Positions 45,283 to 49,893 of a stretch of 49,893 nucleotides of DNA are shown piece after piece. The stretch covers positions 1 through 49,893 of IMG/VR virus record IMGVR_UViG_3300044983_000035; one strand, written 5' to 3'. Below the pieces are notes generated by a model that had not been told where the DNA came from, searched no databases, and was given only the letters and a program-made list of their open reading frames with translations. Origin of the DNA: a virus. Its lineage: Duplodnaviria > Caudoviricetes. Position 1 is the first letter of the stretch, and the number at the start of each line of letters is the position of its first letter. The translations under genes were made by a program, and so were the position numbers.

Positions 45283-45944
45283 TTGATTGCCTCAGTTCCT
45301 TGAATCCACCAGTCACGAGCTATTGAAGCGCCCGGAATCTCTCGCCAGTCGAATCGCTTCATGGTTGACCACGGAGTACGTTCGGTGAACATCTTCTCCA
45401 TCAATCCGTCATGTGTGTAATGCCAACGGTGAAGGTCAGCCGGATCGCCCATATCGGCGCCCATAGCGTTTACAAAAAAGATGTAGTCGCTGATCTCTCC
45501 GCTTAGCCATGCATTGGAGAGAGCCTTCATGTCGGGAAGCGTGATAATTAGCGATCCTCCCGGTTGCAGGATTCGATACGACTCGCGCAGAACGGAGTCG
45601 GCATCGCTCATTGTGCAGTGTTCCAAACCGTGGTGGATCACAATCATGTCCGCTGAGTTATCGCGGAACATCGGCATATTTCGCATGTCGGCCTTAACAA
45701 ACCACTGGAAAACCTGCTCGGGAGTAGGAATCTTGTCCGGTTCCCATTTGCTTTGAATATCGACGTTCACCCACGGAGGGCTAAACGGCCTCTGTCCGCT
45801 GGCAAGGTTTAACTTGAGCGGCGCTACTCCCCCCGGAGACACGCCGCCCTTATCGCCGGCCGATTCGCTTATCCCGTGTGCTGGCGTCGTTTCACCCGGT
45901 AGGTTTCTCGCGGCCTGCAATTCTGCAAAACTTCGTAGTGGCAT
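45279..45944 (-). CDS. Class I SAM-dependent methyltransferase-like protein
   Basis: LKLNLASG...WVNVDI, HHGLEH, LRESYRILQPGGSLIITLPD; start at TAATG 45944. Confidence 0.85.
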   Translation of the reverse strand: MPLRSFAELQAARNLPGETTPAHGISESAGDKGGVSPGGVAPLKLNLASGQRPFSPPWVNVDIQSKWEPDKIPTPEQVFQWFVKADMRNMPMFRDNSADMIVIHHGLEHCTMSDADSVLRESYRILQPGGSLIITLPDMKALSNAWLSGEISDYIFFVNAMGADMGDPADLHRWHYTHDGLMEKMFTERTPWSTMKRFDWREIPGASIARDWWIQGTEAIK

Positions 45945-46690
45945 TACTTGATCTCCTTCGGGTAGAGCCTGTCGAACCACTCGGCCATTCCCGGAGCGCG
46001 TCCTCCGAAGTGGAGAAACATCGGGATCATCCCGGTAATCCTATTCGTTGCACGCAGTAGGGTCATGTCGCCGTCGTACTTTGCAACCGGAAGAAAGACT
46101 TGCGGCTGTGAGTTGCGCCCCATGATCTGGAATACTTGGCAGCGTGTATCAAGCTCGAACGGCTTGGGCCACACTATACCCGTTTGGATTGCTGCGATGG
46201 CGGCATAATCGTACATCCGGTGCATCATTTCCTGCGTCGAACCTCCGCATTCTTGGCTCCATCGACCGCCGAGAAATTCTCTCCACAACCAAAGCACATT
46301 CACCTTCTTGCCCACATACTGCCCGGCGCAAGCGGTGCGCCACGGAGTTCCGTTATCTGGGTAAGACTTGCACCAAGGTCCTTCCGGCCAGCACTCATCG
46401 TTGCAGGAGACGAGCAAGCCGCGCGATGCGTCCACCAGTTCGATAACTTCATCTTCATTCCAGCGGTTCACCAGAACGTCGTATCCGTCGGTGAGCAGAA
46501 TGTACTCGTCATCCAGCGACTCGACGTAAGGAATCAGCTCCTTGAAAACATCCACGTTGCCGGGGAAGTTCTTGCCGTTTCCGATCACATGGAGATTTAG
46601 ACCGTTGATCTTGGCGCTCTCGCGAAGGTAACGCCAGTGGTCCGGGTTGTTCGTGAACGCGCAGGTGATTACCGCAACCGATCGGCTCAC
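45944..46690 (-). CDS. PLOD/LH3-type (procollagen glycosyltransferase-domain-like) GT-A protein
   Basis: YILLTDGYDVL, LLVSCNDECWP, CAGQYVGK, LDTRCQVFQ, PMFLHFGG parallel the LH3 GT domain motifs FTDxYDV, FSAE..CWP, LNSG.FIG, LD....IFQ, HGNG. Confidence 0.7.
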   Translation of the reverse strand: MSRSVAVITCAFTNNPDHWRYLRESAKINGLNLHVIGNGKNFPGNVDVFKELIPYVESLDDEYILLTDGYDVLVNRWNEDEVIELVDASRGLLVSCNDECWPEGPWCKSYPDNGTPWRTACAGQYVGKKVNVLWLWREFLGGRWSQECGGSTQEMMHRMYDYAAIAAIQTGIVWPKPFELDTRCQVFQIMGRNSQPQVFLPVAKYDGDMTLLRATNRITGMIPMFLHFGGRAPGMAEWFDRLYPKEIK

Positions 46691-47247
46691 AGTTTCCTCC
46701 AGACGCCAAGCGTATCGGTCCTATCTTCTTCGATCCAGCCATCCGGCATGTTGGCGCGCACTAAGCCAGGATTCACCGAAGGATAGACATTCGGCAGATT
46801 GATTCCATAATCGTGGAACAGCATGCGCCCACCCGGATTGATCACCGGAGCCATCAACCTGATGTCGTTGAGCACCCCGGCCTCCCAGTGGTCGCCGTCG
46901 ATTAGCGCGAGCTTGACCGACGAAGGGAAGATAATTCCTTCCGTCGTGCTTGGGAAGCGATTGCAGATTACCCGGTGACCAAACGAGCGCATGAGATTAC
47001 TCCACGCTTCGTAAGCATCGGGCGGATCAATGAACGGATCAATCCCGAAGTGAAATAGATCAAGCTCTTTCGCTACTTGCGCAACGATGGAAGACGAACG
47101 ACCGAACTGCAATCCGATCTCGACAACTGCGGACTGTGGCGGCAATGCCATCAGCAGGTCGAAGTATCGGCGGCACTCAGCCTCAGAGAATGTCCGCACG
47201 TCGGGGACAAGGCGATTCGTTACGGCGTAGACTTCTTCAAAAGTCAT
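46687..47247 (-). CDS. SAM-dependent methyltransferase (Methyltransf_24-like)
   Basis: VVEIGLQFGRSS, GIDPF, LIDGDH, GGRMLFHDY; GGAG SD before ATG 47247. Confidence 0.88.
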   Translation of the reverse strand: MTFEEVYAVTNRLVPDVRTFSEAECRRYFDLLMALPPQSAVVEIGLQFGRSSSIVAQVAKELDLFHFGIDPFIDPPDAYEAWSNLMRSFGHRVICNRFPSTTEGIIFPSSVKLALIDGDHWEAGVLNDIRLMAPVINPGGRMLFHDYGINLPNVYPSVNPGLVRANMPDGWIEEDRTDTLGVWRKL

Positions 47248-47422
47248 ATCGTCTCCCTGGAACCAAGCCGGATGAGAAACTTCTGTCGAACGCGATGACT
47301 GGCACATAGGCCATGTCTAGAACAGGCATTCTCTTGCAATACGAGCATGCATGAAAGCCATCTCCCGGAGCTCCGCAGCCAAGGCATTCGGAGGGTATAT
47401 TATGGCGCGCGATCAAAGGCAT
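47237..47422 (-). CDS. Small zinc-ribbon protein
   Basis: CLGCGAP.....CSYC. Confidence 0.55.
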   Translation of the reverse strand: MPLIARHNIPSECLGCGAPGDGFHACSYCKRMPVLDMAYVPVIAFDRSFSSGLVPGRRYDF

Positions 47423-47474
47423 CTCTTCTCGCTCATTCTCGCGGTATCCAGCAGGACCGGAGCAGAAGGAAACT

Positions 47475-48188
47475 CTACTCACAGATCACCCCCGGATACG
47501 ACTGGATCAACTCCGCGCCCGGGATCAACTCCCCGAAGGTGTCAGTCTTCGAGCAAGCGATAACCGGAGAGTTGTATTTCAAGTGGCCGATCTTCAGACC
47601 AATTGCGCGCAACTTCTCAGTGAATTTCCAGTCTTCAGATTGGCGGACACCTTTATGCTCTTCGAGCGGCCCGTAGGTTTCCCACGTCTCCCAGGTCATT
47701 AGCCAAGACTGAGACGGCAGCGTGTAATTCTCCTCAACTCCGCTGTCATAGCAAGGCATTCCGAAGTCGTGGATTCCGCCCGGCAGTGGACCGTGGTAGG
47801 GATGCTGGCAACCGCCAAGCAGTCCGAAGTGGTATTTGGTCAAGTCTTTCCATGATGCTGTCAACCGCTCCAACCATCCGCGCTCAAAGAACACGTCATT
47901 GTCCGAGCAGTACAGTAGATCGCCCTTTCCGAACTTCGCGATAGAAACCTGAATGCACTGGTTGCGAGCTGCGCCGGCGCCCCCGGTCGGTGAGACATTG
48001 CGGACTAGGTGAAACTTCAGCGAAGGATGCGGGATGCTCACGTACGCTTGGCAAATCTCCATCGTCGGATCAAGCGAGCCGTCGTCAAGGATCGTGACGG
48101 TGCCTTCAACCAGCGTATTGCGGATGGAGCGCAGGCATTGCTCGGTGAGTCGCGGACGGTCGCGGACGATAACGGTAATGTTGATCAT
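47475..48188 (-). CDS. Glycosyltransferase family 2
   Basis: TEQCLRSI, ILDDGS, GAARN, SDNDVFF..GWL, SEDW; GGAGG SD and ATGA overlap. Confidence 0.9.
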   Translation of the reverse strand: MINITVIVRDRPRLTEQCLRSIRNTLVEGTVTILDDGSLDPTMEICQAYVSIPHPSLKFHLVRNVSPTGGAGAARNQCIQVSIAKFGKGDLLYCSDNDVFFERGWLERLTASWKDLTKYHFGLLGGCQHPYHGPLPGGIHDFGMPCYDSGVEENYTLPSQSWLMTWETWETYGPLEEHKGVRQSEDWKFTEKLRAIGLKIGHLKYNSPVIACSKTDTFGELIPGAELIQSYPGVICE

Positions 48189-48883
48189 GCGCACCTCCAC
48201 GGCAAGCAATCTCTGAACTCGTTATAGATCCACTCGTGACCCTTGGCGTGATTGTTACCGTCGTCCTTGTGCTGGCCGACGCTCGTCATTCCGCCATAGT
48301 GTTTGATGGCGATCGGAACAAGTTTCACCTTGTAGCCAAGACGATGCGCCATGCAGGTTGCCCAGAAGTCGTAACCATGAAAGACCAAATCGTTAACTGG
48401 CCAACCGCCTGTTTTTTCCAATAACTCCCGGCGAAAGATCAGCGCATATCCATCAAGCGCGGCGACTTCGATTGGTGGACCGATGTAGCGCTTGCCGTGG
48501 ACCTCCGCGTCAACCATGTTCGAAAGGAACTGGCCACGCGAAAGCTGCATGATCTGGTATGGGTCTTTGTAGAGTCCGTCGGTGCCGTGAGTTGTTGATC
48601 CGCCGAATCCGACGAGGCCGACTGTGGGGTCTTCTTCGAAAACTTCGATAACTCGTTTCCACGCCTGATCGTAATGTTCCTGCAAAATCAAGTCGTCATG
48701 AATGAATGCGATGATCTCGTGGTCCTTGATAAGATCCCATCTCCACCCGCGCTCGTAAGCCCGGAGCATCCCGTCATCGCCCCGTTCAACGATGACTCGC
48801 GTGTCCCATCCGTGGCCCCACGAAGAAATAGCCTCTTGCACTGTTGGGCTATCCGCGTGGGCTGTTACGATGGCGAGCTTCAC
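48185..48883 (-). CDS. Glycosyltransferase (GT2-like)
   Basis: IAFIHDD, VGLVGFGG, VAALDG, FHGYD. Confidence 0.85.
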   Translation of the reverse strand: MKLAIVTAHADSPTVQEAISSWGHGWDTRVIVERGDDGMLRAYERGWRWDLIKDHEIIAFIHDDLILQEHYDQAWKRVIEVFEEDPTVGLVGFGGSTTHGTDGLYKDPYQIMQLSRGQFLSNMVDAEVHGKRYIGPPIEVAALDGYALIFRRELLEKTGGWPVNDLVFHGYDFWATCMAHRLGYKVKLVPIAIKHYGGMTSVGQHKDDGNNHAKGHEWIYNEFRDCLPWRCA

Positions 48884-49104
48884 TTGGCACGCTCGGCTAG
48901 CATGGCGTCGGCTAAATTAAACGCTGCTCGTGCCGCCACTTCTTCTGTCGCAGCGGGAGAGCATACTGCATTTGATGCCATCAATCCATTAAGCGCAAAC
49001 GCCGCGAACATATCGCGCAAGGTAATCGAAGAAACAACCGTGTGAGTTGATCCGTCAATTCCTCGCTTAACGTCATAGCTGAACATAAGCGGATTGTCTG
49101 GCAT
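48880..49104 (-). CDS. Conserved small phage protein
   Basis: ITLRDMFAAFALNGL...AFNLADAMLAER. Confidence 0.75.
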   Translation of the reverse strand: MPDNPLMFSYDVKRGIDGSTHTVVSSITLRDMFAAFALNGLMASNAVCSPAATEEVAARAAFNLADAMLAERAK

Positions 49105-49248
49105 CTACTTGCCCTCCCGCAGCGCCTTCTTGCATGCGTCGGCTACCCACTGCTGGATCGCGGTATTCGTTTTGCTGGCGGCGACTTTTACACGGCGATG
49201 GGTTTCAGCGTCAATCCAGACCGCTTTAGGCTTGGTGTTCTTCGTCAT
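49105..49248 (-). CDS. Ribbon-helix-helix DNA-binding protein (47 aa; not in ORF track)
   Basis: MTKNTKPKAVWIDAETHRRVKVAASKTNTAIQQWVADACKKALREGK; stop abuts the next ATG. Confidence 0.7.
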   Translation of the reverse strand: MTKNTKPKAVWIDAETHRRVKVAASKTNTAIQQWVADACKKALREGK

Positions 49249-49288
49249 GAGAATTCACAATCTCACAAAATCATAACTAACGCAAGGA

Positions 49289-49678
49289 TTATTTTACGGA
49301 ACATTCTGGGCATCTCGCCGTCACTGGAGCTTTCCCGGCTTCGCGCTTCTTCTCGACCCATCCGGTGTCATTACAAGCGGAGCACGATTTCTTTTCCGCC
49401 TTCTTGTGGCCGTTGCTATTCTGCGGCGGGAACTCGTCAAAATGCGTTGCGAAGTAGGCGATTGAACCGGCGCGGATCGGCCTGAAAGTATCCGGCGACT
49501 TGAAGAACTCGCGAATCTGCGAGCGGAACTGTTCTTCCGTCAGGTTCTTCCCGAGCGGCGTTTCCAGCAGCGCGTACACCTTGTCGTAATCGCGTGGGAA
49601 CCAAGCGGGATCTTGGCCGCGTGAACGCCGATATTCCTCCACGCCGATTTCCAAGAATCGTTCTTCGCGGGTTTTCAT
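49289..49678 (-). CDS. Hypothetical replication-region protein with C-terminal zinc finger
   Basis: CSACNDTGW...ARCPEC; ATG immediately after the helicase stop. Confidence 0.65.
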   Translation of the reverse strand: MKTREERFLEIGVEEYRRSRGQDPAWFPRDYDKVYALLETPLGKNLTEEQFRSQIREFFKSPDTFRPIRAGSIAYFATHFDEFPPQNSNGHKKAEKKSCSACNDTGWVEKKREAGKAPVTARCPECSVK

Positions 49679-49679
49679 C

Positions 49680-49893
49680 TTAGTCTGCATACGGAATACG
49701 TGGCTCCTCTTGATCCTGCTCGATGTTTCCAAACCGCGTGTATTTCCCCTCGAAGGCAAGCTCGCATTTCCCCGTGGGCCCGTCTTTGTCCTTGTGGATG
49801 GTAATCAGCGCCTTCCCGGTTGGAATTCGACCGTCCTTGTTCTTGTTCGCCTGATCCTCGCGCCACAGTGACATCGTGGTATAGCTCTGCTCG
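49680..49893 (-). CDS. DnaB-like replicative helicase, C-terminal fragment (truncated by window end)
   Basis: EQ...MSLWRE...ALITIHKDKDGPTGKCELAFEGKYTRF resembles the DnaB C-terminus. Confidence 0.7.
   Translation of the reverse strand, partial: EQSYTTMSLWREDQANKNKDGRIPTGKALITIHKDKDGPTGKCELAFEGKYTRFGNIEQDQEEPRIPYAD

Larger units (their letters stand above)
1..49893. mobile_element. Tailed phage or prophage genome segment (Caudoviricetes, podovirus-like organisation)
   Basis: Order terminase-portal-scaffold-capsid-adaptor-nozzle-ejection genes; tightly overlapping ORFs; convergent replication/accessory arm; no host housekeeping genes. Confidence 0.95.

Noticed and set aside
40157-48883. Glycosyltransferase cluster as a DNA hypermodification or host O-antigen locus
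   Set aside because: No base hydroxylase/hydroxymethylase, flippase or polymerase gene is visible and the genes are interleaved with phage ORFs; not fully excluded because the genome continues beyond the window
1-49893. tRNA genes, integrase, reverse transcriptase/DGR, tape measure, stop-codon reassignment
   Set aside because: None recognised by eye; genes tile well under the standard code with all three stop codons in use

Overview
The window is about 50 kb of a tailed dsDNA bacteriophage or prophage with a podovirus-like layout and no tape-measure or sheath gene. The + strand (about 640-37346) carries a lysozyme, a terminase, a portal, a scaffold, a major capsid protein, adaptor and nozzle-like tail proteins, three ejection-protein-like genes and several Gly/Ser/Thr-rich fibre-like proteins. 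The converging - strand arm (37341-49893) carries small accessory genes, a DNA methyltransferase, a cluster of five glycosyltransferases and two SAM-dependent methyltransferases, and the 3' end of a DnaB-like helicase cut by the window edge. The most striking pattern is that three fibre- or collagen-like proteins begin with Sec-type signal peptides. Two of them carry BclA-like Gly-X-Thr repeats, and the same genome encodes a glycosylation/methylation cassette that includes a PLOD/LH3-like glycosyltransferase. This suggests a phage-encoded, exported glyco-fibre system (hypothesis). There are also several structured non-coding segments, unannotated tiny basic genes and candidate leaderless promoters. 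All calls come from motif reading and synteny by eye; no database search was run.
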